DNA of 64,000 nucleotides from an uncultured Gammaproteobacteria bacterium (GTDB lineage: Bacteria > Pseudomonadota > Gammaproteobacteria > Arenicellales > JAANXG01): positions 79,403-143,402 of the forward strand of contig CAMYKW010000004.1 in NCBI GenBank assembly GCA_947259175.1, given 5' to 3'. A program made the position numbers and the translations under genes. Each line of letters starts with the position of its first letter. The first letter of the stretch is position 1. This document shows positions 34,160 through 44,055 of the stretch, piece after piece. Under the pieces are notes generated by a model. The model did no database searches, had not been told where the DNA came from, and was given only the letters and a program-made list of their open reading frames with translations.

Positions 34160-34846
34160 ATGGTAAACCCGGTTGACAAAAGCCCTTCCTCGCCGTTTGA
34201 GAGTCTCGGCATCGGGCTGCAAAAGACGGAAGCCGAGCCGCATAACAAGCTGGGACAAGAGGATTTCCTGCAGCTGATGCTCGCCCAGCTCCGCCATCAG
34301 GACCCGTTGAAACCGTTGGAGAACGGCGAATTCATCGGCCAGATGGCGCAGTTCAGCACGGTCAGCGGTATCCAGGACTTGAGCACCGCGTTTAATGATT
34401 TCGCCAACTCGCTGCAATCCAACCGCGCGCTGCAGGCGTCGAGCCTGGTGGGTCGCTCGGTGATGGTGCCCGCCGACCAGGTGAGGCTGGATTCCGGCGG
34501 CGTCGTGCACGGCATGGCGGAATTGCCCGCAGCGGCAACCGCGGTGACGGTAAACGTCGAGGATGCCACCGGTCAGACTGTGCGCAGCTTTGAACTCGGG
34601 CCGCAATCGCCGGGGCAGGTCAAATTCACCTGGGACGGGCTGAGCGGCACCGGCCAGGCATTACCGCCGGGGGAGTACCGGATTCGTGTCGATGCCCTGA
34701 TTGACGGGGAAGTATCGGCGCTGACCACCTCGCTCGCGTCCAAGGTCGAGAGTGTCAGCCTCGACCAGGGCGGCGGCAAGGACATCACTCTGAACGTTGC
34801 GGGAGTCGGTCCGGTTCCGTTGTCCCGTGTGAATGAAATCCTATGA
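34160..34846 (+). CDS. flgD: Flagellar hook capping/assembly protein FlgD
   Basis: LGQEDFLQLMLAQLRHQDPLKPLENGEFIGQMAQFSTV plus a FlgD Ig-like C-terminal part. Confidence 0.92.
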   Translation: MVNPVDKSPSSPFESLGIGLQKTEAEPHNKLGQEDFLQLMLAQLRHQDPLKPLENGEFIGQMAQFSTVSGIQDLSTAFNDFANSLQSNRALQASSLVGRSVMVPADQVRLDSGGVVHGMAELPAAATAVTVNVEDATGQTVRSFELGPQSPGQVKFTWDGLSGTGQALPPGEYRIRVDALIDGEVSALTTSLASKVESVSLDQGGGKDITLNVAGVGPVPLSRVNEIL

Positions 34847-34887
34847 CCCGCGTTTGACGCAGTCGCCACTTAACATAGGGGGTAAAC

Positions 34888-36177
34888 ATGCCTTTTCGAA
34901 CCGCAGTAAGTGGACTGAATGCTTCCCAGTCCGACCTCAAGGTCATCAGCAACAACGTCGCCAACAGCAATACCACCGGATTCAAGTCGTCCCGGGCCGA
35001 ATTCGCCGATGTGTTCCCAGCCAGCCAGTTCGGCGGGAACTCCCTGGCGATCGGCGGCGGCGTGCGATTGTCCAACGTGCGTCAACAGTACACCCAAGGC
35101 ACGGTCAGCTTCACTAACAACAATATGGATCTGGCGATCAACGGCAACGGTTTTTTCCGCGTCAATAACGGCGGCGAGACCGTGTATACGCGAGCCGGCG
35201 CGTTCGGCGTTGACGACGAGGGGTATATAGTCAATTCGGCGGGCATGCGCCTGACCGGTTTCGGCGCCAATGACGGCGAAGTCAGCGGCGTACTGGAAGA
35301 TATGCGCATCTCCGCCGCCGACAATCCACCGCGTACCACCAGCGATGTCGAATTCCTCGCCAATCTGGACGCAGGGGAACTGGCCAAGACGCCCGCGGAT
35401 CCGCCGCTGGTGCTGGGTCCTGCGATGCTTGATGACAACGGCAACCCGTTCGTACCGCCGCGTTTCGAGCCGCCGGACCCGGACAGCTACAACCATACCG
35501 CGTCGTTCCAGATATTCGACAGTCTCGGCGTGGCCCACAGCACCACCATGTATTTCCGTAAGGTCGCGGACAACGATTGGGAGGTGCAAATGTCGGTGGA
35601 CAACCAGGCGTTCTCGGTCCCCGCGGAAGGCACCAATATTCAATTTGACAACAACGGCAACATCATCGCCCCCGCCGGACCACCGCTCGGGGTATTGACC
35701 CATGCAGCTATTCCGGTGGGCACCGGAGCCGCCGACCTGGCGTTTACCATCGACCTTGCGCAGACCACGCAGTTCGGCAGTCCGTTCGGAGTCAATGCAT
35801 TGATCCAGGACGGATTTACCACCGGCCGTTTGAGCGGAGTCGAGGTCGATGACGAAGGCAAGCTGATCGGCCGCTACACCAATGGCGAATTGCAGACCTT
35901 GGGGCAGGTGGCGCTGGCCAACTTCTCCAACCAGGAGGGTCTGCGGCCGCTCAGCGACACGGTATGGGCGGAATCCCCGGATTCCGGTGCCGCGCTGCTT
36001 GGCGCGCCGGGAACCGCGAGCCTGGGTGTGATTCAGTCCGGCGCCCTGGAGGACTCGAACGTCGAACTCACCGCGGAGCTGGTGAAACTGATCGTGGCGC
36101 AACGCAACTTCCAGGCCAATGCCCAGGTAATCCGCACCGCGGACGATGTCACCCAAACCATCGTCAATCTTCGCTAA
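34888..36177 (+). CDS. flgE: Flagellar hook protein FlgE
   Basis: ISNNVANSNTTGFK at the N-terminus and LVKLIVAQRNFQANAQVIRTADDV at the C-terminus. Confidence 0.95.
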   Translation: MPFRTAVSGLNASQSDLKVISNNVANSNTTGFKSSRAEFADVFPASQFGGNSLAIGGGVRLSNVRQQYTQGTVSFTNNNMDLAINGNGFFRVNNGGETVYTRAGAFGVDDEGYIVNSAGMRLTGFGANDGEVSGVLEDMRISAADNPPRTTSDVEFLANLDAGELAKTPADPPLVLGPAMLDDNGNPFVPPRFEPPDPDSYNHTASFQIFDSLGVAHSTTMYFRKVADNDWEVQMSVDNQAFSVPAEGTNIQFDNNGNIIAPAGPPLGVLTHAAIPVGTGAADLAFTIDLAQTTQFGSPFGVNALIQDGFTTGRLSGVEVDDEGKLIGRYTNGELQTLGQVALANFSNQEGLRPLSDTVWAESPDSGAALLGAPGTASLGVIQSGALEDSNVELTAELVKLIVAQRNFQANAQVIRTADDVTQTIVNLR

Positions 36178-36206
36178 CTCATCGAGCGCATTGAGAGGTT
36201 AACGGT

Positions 36207-36947
36207 ATGGATCGCATGTTGTACGTCGCCATGACCGGAGCCGGCGAGGCGATGCTGAATCAGGCGGTTACCAGTCACAATCTGGCAAACGTGAACACGT
36301 CGGGATTTCGCGCCGATTTCACTGCGATTCGCAGTCAAGCGGTTGTCGGCCCCGGTTACCCGTCTCGCGTGTACGGCGTGATGGATCAACCCGGGGCGAA
36401 TCTTGCAGCGGGAGGAATTCAGCGCACCGGTCGCGATCTCGACGTCGCCGTGCAGGGTGATGGATGGCTGGCGGTGCAAGGCCCGGACGGCAACGAAGCG
36501 TACACCCGCGCGGGCGATCTGCGTTTGACTCCCAACGGCGTGCTGCAAACCGGCGCCGGGCATCCGCTGCTCGGCGACGCCGGGCCCATCGCCCTGCCAC
36601 CCGCGGAGAAGCTCGAAATCGGGCCTGACGGGACCATATCGGTTCAGCCGCTCGGCCAGAGCCCGCAGAATATTGCGGTAGTCAATCGCATCAAGCTGAC
36701 GCGGCCGGCGCCGGACAGCCTGGAGAAAGGCAAGGATGGCTTGATGCGAATTGCCGGCGGCGGGATCGCGCCGGCGGATGGCGCGGTGCGCCTGGAAGTC
36801 GGCGCGCTCGAGGGCAGCAATGTGAACGCGGTGGACGCGATGGTCAGTCTCATTGAGCGATCGCGGCAATTCGAGATGAACGTCAAGCTCATGAAGATCG
36901 CCGAAGTAAACGACCGAGCATCGACTCAATTGATGTCCATCAGTTAA
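36207..36947 (+). CDS. flgF: Flagellar basal-body rod protein FlgF
   Basis: [14 protein letters not shown] at the N-terminus and [19 protein letters not shown] at the C-terminus. Confidence 0.93.
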   Translation: MDRMLYVAMTGAGEAMLNQAVTSHNLANVNTSGFRADFTAIRSQAVVGPGYPSRVYGVMDQPGANLAAGGIQRTGRDLDVAVQGDGWLAVQGPDGNEAYTRAGDLRLTPNGVLQTGAGHPLLGDAGPIALPPAEKLEIGPDGTISVQPLGQSPQNIAVVNRIKLTRPAPDSLEKGKDGLMRIAGGGIAPADGAVRLEVGALEGSNVNAVDAMVSLIERSRQFEMNVKLMKIAEVNDRASTQLMSIS

Positions 36948-36984
36948 CGATCGAAGCGAAAAAACTCGCGAACAGGAGCAACCC

Positions 36985-37770
36985 ATGAATCCAGCATTAT
37001 GGATCGCCAAAACCGGGCTCGATGCGCAACAGACGCGCATGTCCGTCATCTCCAATAACCTCGCCAACGTCAACAGCACGGGATTCAAGCGCAGTCGCGC
37101 GGTGTTCGAAGATCTCCTGTATCAGAATATCCGCCAGGTAGGCGCTCAGTCCTCGCAGGACACGCAGCTTCCGTCCGGTCTGGCGCTCGGCACCGGCGTG
37201 CGCGCGGTCGCCACCGAAAAGCTGTATACCCAGGGCAATATCGAGCAGACGGACAATCCCCTGGATATGGCGATCCAGGGGCGCGGTTTCTTCCAGATTC
37301 TTTTGCCTGACGGCAATCTCTCTTATACCCGCGACGGGTCGTTTCAGATCAGTGCCGACGGCGAAATGGTTACCGCCGGCGGTTATCAATTGCAGCCGGG
37401 TATCTCCATTCCGGAAAACGCGATCACCGTGACCATTGGTTCCGACGGCATCGTATCGGTGCTGACCCCGGGATCCGCCGCGCCCACCCAGGTCGGCAAC
37501 GTACAGCTCGCCGATTTCATTAATCCCACCGGACTGCAGGCGATGGGACAGAACCTGTTCTTGGAGTCGGCGGCCAGCGGATCACCGCAGACCGGCACCC
37601 CCGGATTGAACGGATTAGGCACCCTCGTCCAGGGATCGGTGGAGAGTTCCAACGTCAATGTGGTGGAAGAGCTGGTCAACATGATCGAGACCCAGAGGGC
37701 TTACGAGATGAACTCCAAGGCAATCTCGGCGACCGATCAGATGCTGGCTTACGTGAACAACAATCTGTGA
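36985..37770 (+). CDS. flgG: Flagellar distal rod protein FlgG
   Basis: [14 protein letters not shown] at the N-terminus and [25 protein letters not shown] at the C-terminus. Confidence 0.95.
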   Translation: MNPALWIAKTGLDAQQTRMSVISNNLANVNSTGFKRSRAVFEDLLYQNIRQVGAQSSQDTQLPSGLALGTGVRAVATEKLYTQGNIEQTDNPLDMAIQGRGFFQILLPDGNLSYTRDGSFQISADGEMVTAGGYQLQPGISIPENAITVTIGSDGIVSVLTPGSAAPTQVGNVQLADFINPTGLQAMGQNLFLESAASGSPQTGTPGLNGLGTLVQGSVESSNVNVVEELVNMIETQRAYEMNSKAISATDQMLAYVNNNL

Positions 37771-37789
37771 TCGTCGACGGGCCAATGAC

Positions 37790-38476
37790 ATGAACATCGA
37801 CCGATTGTTTCGTTTGCCGTTGCTGGGCATCGTCCTGATGGCGACCGGGTGCGCGACCTATTACGAACCCAGGCCCGGATATGAGGTTACCTACCCGCCG
37901 TCGGTGACCCCGCCGCGCCAGCACAACGGCTCGATCTACCAGGAGGGTTACGTGAGCCTGCCGCTGTTCGAGGATCGCCGGGCGCGACAGGTCGGGGACG
38001 TGCTCACCATCGTTCTCAACGAAGAGATCAGCGCGGACAACGAATCCGAGGCCAACACCAGCAAGGAAAACGACATCGACATCGACAGCCCCAAGTTGTT
38101 CGGTTACACGCTGCCCCGCGGCAACGGGACGTTTACCCTCGATCAGGAGCTCAAGTCGTCCCAGGAATTCAGCGGCAGGGGCGCCCGCAAGCAGGGGAAT
38201 TCCATGACCGGCACGATCAGCGTCACCGTGGCCCACGTATTCCCGAACGGTAATTTGATGGTGCGCGGCCAGAAGTGGATCCGCCTCAATCAGGACAACG
38301 AGTACATCCAGATATCCGGCATCGTCCGACCCGAGGATATCGATGCGGACAACATCGTTTTGTCGACCCAAGTCGCCGATGCGCGGATCGTATACCAAGG
38401 CAAGGGTCCGGTCGCAAGCGCCAGTAAGCTGGGGTGGCTGGCACGGTTTTTCCTGGCGCCGATATGGCCGTATTGA
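37790..38476 (+). CDS. flgH: Flagellar L-ring lipoprotein FlgH
   Basis: Lipobox LMATGC. Body motifs are DRRARQVGDVLTIVL and GNLMVRGQKWIRLNQDNEYIQISGIVRPEDI. Confidence 0.93.
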   Translation: MNIDRLFRLPLLGIVLMATGCATYYEPRPGYEVTYPPSVTPPRQHNGSIYQEGYVSLPLFEDRRARQVGDVLTIVLNEEISADNESEANTSKENDIDIDSPKLFGYTLPRGNGTFTLDQELKSSQEFSGRGARKQGNSMTGTISVTVAHVFPNGNLMVRGQKWIRLNQDNEYIQISGIVRPEDIDADNIVLSTQVADARIVYQGKGPVASASKLGWLARFFLAPIWPY

Positions 38477-38509
38477 GCAGGCATCGGCGTGTCGCGAATA
38501 GGTGAAACG

Positions 38510-39619
38510 ATGAATAGACTATGCAAACAATCTCTTTGCGCGGCTGCGGCGCTGGTGATGATGGTCGGCGCGGCGCATGGCGAACGCATCAAGGACCTCG
38601 CCAGTATCGCCGGAGTGCGTAACAATCAACTGATTGGATACGGGCTGGTGGTGGGATTGGACCAGAGCGGCGATCAGACCAGTCAGGTACCGTTTACCAC
38701 ACAGAGCCTGAAGAGCTTGTTGAAGCAGTTCGGCGTCAACCTGCCGTCGCGGACGAATCTACAGACTAAAAACGTCGCCGCGGTGATAGTGCACGCGACG
38801 CTGCCGCCTTTTGTCCGGTCCGGTCAGACCATCGATGTCACGGTATCGTCGCTGGGTAATGCCAAGAGCTTGCGCGGCGGCAGTCTGTTGCTGACTCCGC
38901 TGAAGGGCGTAGACGGTCGAGTGTACGCTGTCGCCCAAGGGGACTTGATCGTAAGCGGTTTCGGCGCCGAGGCCGACGGGTCCAGCATTACCGTCAACGT
39001 GCCCAGCGCCGGGCGGATTCCCAATGGCGCAATCGTGGAACGCGGCGTGCCGAGTCCTTTTGCGTACAGCGACCGGCTCGTGTTTCAACTCCACGATATG
39101 GATTTCACCACGGCCAAGCGCATGACCGACACCATTAACGCCATCGCCGGGCCGAATCAGGCGCGTGCGATAGACGGATCGACCGTTGAGGTCATCACTC
39201 CAGTGGACCCGGCGAGCCGCGTCGAGTTTGTGTCGGTACTCGAAAACCTCACCATAGAGCCTGGTGAGTCTCCGGCCAAGGTGATCATCAACGCGCGTAC
39301 CGGCACCGTGGTCATCGGGCAGCACGTGCGCGTGATGCCGGCCGCGGTGTCCCACGGAAACCTGACGGTGACCATTACCAGCGATCCGATTGTCAGCCAG
39401 CCGCTCCCGTTCTCAGACGGCGACACGGTCGTGGTCCCGCGCAGCGACATCGAAATCAGCGAGGAAGGCAACCGTATGTTCCTGTTTGAACCGGGCGTCA
39501 CCCTGGACGAAATTGTGCGCGCGGTCAATGAAGTCGGAGCCGCCCCCGGAGATCTCGTCGCCATCATGGAGGCATTGAAGGAAGCCGGCGCGCTGCGCGC
39601 CAGGCTGGTGGTCATGTGA
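38510..39619 (+). CDS. flgI: Flagellar P-ring protein FlgI
   Basis: The signal peptide ends AAHG. The mature start is [39 protein letters not shown] precedes the ATG at 38510. Confidence 0.93.
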   Translation: MNRLCKQSLCAAAALVMMVGAAHGERIKDLASIAGVRNNQLIGYGLVVGLDQSGDQTSQVPFTTQSLKSLLKQFGVNLPSRTNLQTKNVAAVIVHATLPPFVRSGQTIDVTVSSLGNAKSLRGGSLLLTPLKGVDGRVYAVAQGDLIVSGFGAEADGSSITVNVPSAGRIPNGAIVERGVPSPFAYSDRLVFQLHDMDFTTAKRMTDTINAIAGPNQARAIDGSTVEVITPVDPASRVEFVSVLENLTIEPGESPAKVIINARTGTVVIGQHVRVMPAAVSHGNLTVTITSDPIVSQPLPFSDGDTVVVPRSDIEISEEGNRMFLFEPGVTLDEIVRAVNEVGAAPGDLVAIMEALKEAGALRARLVVM

Positions 39620-39644
39620 GGCGCGCGGAGCGGGGTGTGAGCAG

Positions 39645-40670
39645 ATGATCGAGGGCGAAGCCACCACACGTTTTTCTCTGGATTTCTCGCGATTCAACGG
39701 ACTGCGCAGCGCGGCGCGCGCCGGATCGGGCGTGGCGCTGGAGGAGGCCGCAGCGCAATTCGAGTCCCTGTTCGTGCAATTCGCGCTTCAGGCCATGCGC
39801 GAGGCGACCCTGGGCGACGGCCTGTTGGACAGTGAACAGAGCAAATTCTATCAAGGCCTGCTTGATCAACAATTCGCCTTGTCGCTGACCTCGGGCCACA
39901 GATCCCTGGGTTTGAAGCGTATGCTCACCGATCAACTCGGTAAGCATCAGGAACCGGCTGCGGCCGCCAAGGACGCGCGTGAAGGCTCTTCGCCAGGTGC
40001 GGATATCCCGCGGTTAAAGAAAACATCCCCCGCGGCCGCTAATTTCTACAAGGCGGTGCACGACGCGTTGGATCAAGAAGTGCCCGCTGCATCGGATGCC
40101 GGCGCCGGCGCTACGACCTCGGACGGTCAAAGGATTGCGCCATCGCCGGACACAGGGGCCTCGGCGGCGGACATCGGACGTTCGCGCGAGGCGTTTGTTC
40201 GCGGTCTTTGGCCGTTGGCCGAGGAGGCGGGCCGCCATCTCGGAGTATCGCCGCGGGTATTGGTTGCGCAGGCGGCGCTCGAGACCGGCTGGGGTAGATA
40301 CATTCCCCAACGCGCGGATGGCACCCATGGCCACAATCTGTTCGGCATCAAGGCGGGCGGCGGCTGGCGGGGCGAGCGTGTTGCGGCACATACCTGGGAG
40401 GTCGAGGACGGGCAACGGGTGCCCGCCCGCGCCGAGTTCCGCGGCTACGATTCGTTTGCCGAGAGTTTCAACGACTACGTGAACTTTCTGCAGACCAATC
40501 CACGCTATGCCGGTGCGTTGCGCGCCGCCGCCGATCCGGAGGCGTTTGTGGACGCATTGCAGCGGGCGGGATTCGCTACCGATCCGCAATATGCACAAAA
40601 GATCAGAGCCATCATGGACAGCAGGATAGGCGCGTACGAACCCGACGCGGCCGGCGGGAAGTTTGGGTGA
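39645..40670 (+). CDS. flgJ: Flagellar rod assembly protein / peptidoglycan hydrolase FlgJ
   Basis: N-terminal FlgJ rod-binding part (AAAQFESLFVQFALQAMRE) and C-terminal glucosaminidase part (AQAALETGWG, HNLFGIKAGGGWRGE). Confidence 0.9.
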   Translation: MIEGEATTRFSLDFSRFNGLRSAARAGSGVALEEAAAQFESLFVQFALQAMREATLGDGLLDSEQSKFYQGLLDQQFALSLTSGHRSLGLKRMLTDQLGKHQEPAAAAKDAREGSSPGADIPRLKKTSPAAANFYKAVHDALDQEVPAASDAGAGATTSDGQRIAPSPDTGASAADIGRSREAFVRGLWPLAEEAGRHLGVSPRVLVAQAALETGWGRYIPQRADGTHGHNLFGIKAGGGWRGERVAAHTWEVEDGQRVPARAEFRGYDSFAESFNDYVNFLQTNPRYAGALRAAADPEAFVDALQRAGFATDPQYAQKIRAIMDSRIGAYEPDAAGGKFG

Positions 40671-40724
40671 GCACCGCACATTCGGCGGCGATGCACGAGG
40701 TGATATCAAAGACGGGGTAACGAA

Positions 40725-42683
40725 ATGGCGGTAGGCGACATACTTGGAAACAGCATCTCGGCGCTAATGGCGTTTCAACGCGCGATCGCCACTACCAGCC
40801 ACAACATCAGCAATGTGGGCACCGAGGGTTACAGCCTGCAACGCACGGAACTGGCGACGCGTCCCGCACAGGAGTCATCGGTGGGGTTTATCGGCAACGG
40901 GGTCGAAGTTGCCACGGTGCGGCGGATGCGTAATGCGTTCCTCGAAGTGCAAATGCGCGAGAGCAGCAGCACCTTCGAGTACTTCGATGTGCTGCACGGC
41001 TTCGCCGGCCGGATTGATTCCCTGCTGGGCGACGCGGACACCGGGCTCAACCCGTCTATCAACGAATTTTTCGTGGCGGTGGAGGGTGTAGCCGCCGATC
41101 CTACGTCCATCGCCGCCCGTGGGGTGCTGATCGGAAGCGCGCAGTCGCTGGTGAGCAAGTTCAATCTCATTGACAAGAACGTGGTGCAGCTGCAAGCTCA
41201 GTTGGATGGAGAGCTGCGCAATGTGGTCTCCGAAATAAACAGCCTCGGCGGCGCCATCGCCGACCTCAACCGGGAAATTGTCTTCGCCCGCAGTCAGGCT
41301 TCGGGACAGCCGCCCAACGATCTGCTGGATCGCCGCGATCAGTTGATTCTGGACCTCGCGGAACGCGTCGGCGTATCGACCATCGCCATGCAGGACGGTT
41401 CCATCTCCGTCGCCATCGGCGATGGACAGCCGTTGGTTAACGGATTTCAGGCGCGCACGCTGTCGGTGAACACAGACCCGTTTGACGCGTCGCGGCTCGA
41501 AGTCGCCTTCGATGACGGGGTGGCGATCTCCGACACGCTGACCGGCGGGCGCATCGGCGGATTGCTGGGCACCCGGGATCTGGTGCTGGATCCGGCGTTG
41601 AACGGCTTGGGCCGCGTCGCCCTCGGGCTGGCGGAGACATTCAACCAGCAGCACCGTCTGGGTCTCGACCTGGAGGGTTTGCTGGGCCAGGCTTTCTTCA
41701 CCACCGCCCGACCCGCGGTCTCTTCGCACCCCGATAACACCACCAGCAATGCGCCGGATGTGATGATTCAGGATGTCAGCGGATTAACGGCATCCGATTA
41801 TCTGCTGCGCTTCGACGGCGCCGCGTGGAGTCTGACTGATCGCGCTATGGGACAAACCGTCGCTATGACGGGAACCGGCACCGCTGCCGATCCGTTCATC
41901 GCCGACGGATTGAGTATCAGCGTGCAGCCGATCGGCGCCGTGGCGGGTGATGACTACCGATTCGTGATACAGCCGACGCGCCACGGCGCGCGGCAGCTGG
42001 GCGTCGGCATTAGTGACCCGACCCGGGTGGCCGCGGCGGCTCCGTTACGCGCGGCGTCCGCGGCCGGCAACTTGGGAGATGCGGGCGTCGACGTGGTTGC
42101 AGTCAGCGACGCCGCGTCGCTGCCGCTGTCGGTGAATGGCGGCGACATTACCCTGACTTTCGACGTCGACGCCCTGGGGCCGGGTGTGCCGGGTTTCACC
42201 GTGAGTGGAGGCCCCGGCGGCGTGCTGGCCTACGATCCCGCGATGGAGAGCGCAGGCAAGACATTCGTGTTGGCGCCGCCGTTCGACGGGATATCGTTCG
42301 CGGTGACCGGGTCTCCACAAGACGGAGATTCGTTTGTGATCACGGATAACGGCAACGGCGTCGGAGACAACCGCAACGCCATTAAGATCGGCGAACTGCG
42401 GGATGCCCTGAGTTTGCTCGACGGGAACGCCACGATCCAGGACGCGTATAACCGGCTGGTTGGCGACGTCGGTATCACCACCCGCCAGGCGGAGATCGGA
42501 CGCGACACCCAGGAAAGCGCACGCAGCCTGGTAGCCGCCACCCGCGAGTCGTTCTCCGGGGTCAATCTTGATGAGGAAGCCGCCAACCTGATGCGTTTCC
42601 AACAGGCCTATCAAGCCTCCGCTCGGGTCATCTCTGTTGCCAATGACTTATTTCAGGAACTGATCGGTGCGGTAAGGAGATAA
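40725..42683 (+). CDS. flgK: Flagellar hook-filament junction protein FlgK
   Basis: TSHNISNVGTEGYS at the N-terminus and EEAANLMRFQQAYQASARVISVANDLFQELI at the C-terminus. Confidence 0.93.
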   Translation: MAVGDILGNSISALMAFQRAIATTSHNISNVGTEGYSLQRTELATRPAQESSVGFIGNGVEVATVRRMRNAFLEVQMRESSSTFEYFDVLHGFAGRIDSLLGDADTGLNPSINEFFVAVEGVAADPTSIAARGVLIGSAQSLVSKFNLIDKNVVQLQAQLDGELRNVVSEINSLGGAIADLNREIVFARSQASGQPPNDLLDRRDQLILDLAERVGVSTIAMQDGSISVAIGDGQPLVNGFQARTLSVNTDPFDASRLEVAFDDGVAISDTLTGGRIGGLLGTRDLVLDPALNGLGRVALGLAETFNQQHRLGLDLEGLLGQAFFTTARPAVSSHPDNTTSNAPDVMIQDVSGLTASDYLLRFDGAAWSLTDRAMGQTVAMTGTGTAADPFIADGLSISVQPIGAVAGDDYRFVIQPTRHGARQLGVGISDPTRVAAAAPLRAASAAGNLGDAGVDVVAVSDAASLPLSVNGGDITLTFDVDALGPGVPGFTVSGGPGGVLAYDPAMESAGKTFVLAPPFDGISFAVTGSPQDGDSFVITDNGNGVGDNRNAIKIGELRDALSLLDGNATIQDAYNRLVGDVGITTRQAEIGRDTQESARSLVAATRESFSGVNLDEEAANLMRFQQAYQASARVISVANDLFQELIGAVRR

Positions 42684-42686
42684 TCG

Positions 42687-43883
42687 ATGCGTATTTCTAC
42701 CTCGCTGCTGTTTTCCCGTGGGTTGGATGTGATACTCAACCAGCAGGCCACCGTGGCGCGCACCCAACTCGAGGTCGCGACCGGAAAGCGGATTCAAAGT
42801 CCTTCAGAGGATCCCGCGGCGGCGACCCGGGCGCTGGGCATTCGCGATGCGCTCGCTGAGACGAAGCAGTTCGCGGCGAACATTGACAGCGCCCGCAGTT
42901 ATTTGTCTATCGAGGAAGCGGTGCTGACCAACACCGTGGATGTGCTGCAACGCGTGCGCGAACTGGCGGTGCGCGCCAACAACGGCACGCTGAGCGACGA
43001 CGAACGGCTCGCCATTGCCGCCGAGGTGGAGGAGCGCGGCAAGGAACTGCTCGGCCTCGCCAACACCCGCGGCAGCAACGGCGAATACCTGTTTTCCGGA
43101 TTCCAGAGCCGTACCCGGCCGTTCACGCCCAATGCCGCCGGCGACTTCGACTACCACGGCGACGAGGGTCAGCGCCACCTGCGTGTTTCCTCGTCTTTGC
43201 AGATTCCGGTGAGCGATTCCGGTGCCGAGATATTTCGCGACATTCGCACCGGGAACGGGACCTTTGCTGTCAATGCATCGCCCGGCAACACCGGCTCCGG
43301 CGTCATCGACAACGGCAGCGTCACGAATCCGTCGCTGTGGTTGCCGGATACCTACGCAATCAATTTCGTCGCCGCCGGTGCGTACGAAGTGCGCGACAGC
43401 GGCGGCGCCCTGGTGACCAGCGGCGCATACGTCGATGGCGGCGCGATCAGCTTCAACGGCGTCGAAGCGCGCATCGGCGGAGCGCCGGCGGCGGGCGACA
43501 GTTTCGTCGTCGAACCGAGTCGCAATCAAGATGTTTTCTCCACCGTTTCCGATTTCGTCGACGCGTTGAATATTCCCGTCACCGACGCGGCCTCCGAGGC
43601 GGCAATGAACCAGGGCATAAACAACGCACTCGCCAATCTCGACCAGGCGTTGAACAACGTTCTAGAAGTGCGTTCGCGGATCGGCGCCAGGATGAATACC
43701 GCCGACGATGAAGCGCGCGCCAATGCCGGCATCGATACGCAACTGCAGCAGGCGATATCGGATATCGAGAATGTGGACCTGGCGGAAGCGGTCAGCCGCT
43801 TGAATCGTCAATTGTTCGCGTTGGAAGCGGCGCAGCAGAGTTTCGCGACCATCCAGAATCTTTCCCTGTTCCGCTATCTATAA
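42687..43883 (+). CDS. flgL: Flagellar hook-filament junction protein FlgL
   Basis: Flagellin-like termini (SGKRIQSPSEDPAAA at the N-terminus, EAAQQSFATIQNLSLFRYL at the C-terminus), positioned after flgK. Confidence 0.9.
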   Translation: MRISTSLLFSRGLDVILNQQATVARTQLEVATGKRIQSPSEDPAAATRALGIRDALAETKQFAANIDSARSYLSIEEAVLTNTVDVLQRVRELAVRANNGTLSDDERLAIAAEVEERGKELLGLANTRGSNGEYLFSGFQSRTRPFTPNAAGDFDYHGDEGQRHLRVSSSLQIPVSDSGAEIFRDIRTGNGTFAVNASPGNTGSGVIDNGSVTNPSLWLPDTYAINFVAAGAYEVRDSGGALVTSGAYVDGGAISFNGVEARIGGAPAAGDSFVVEPSRNQDVFSTVSDFVDALNIPVTDAASEAAMNQGINNALANLDQALNNVLEVRSRIGARMNTADDEARANAGIDTQLQQAISDIENVDLAEAVSRLNRQLFALEAAQQSFATIQNLSLFRYL

Positions 43884-44055
43884 GGCACCACGTCCTCCGG
43901 TGGATCAGTGTTTCAGTGATTCTCAGCGGCGACGCCGGCCGAACAACCCGCAACGCCGATGCCGCTTATTCGCCAACCAGCGCCGGTATTGCGAAAAAAC
44001 GTAACGGTAAACGGCGTGGCCGTATAACGCCGGCGCCGTTGGGAGGAGTACGCAT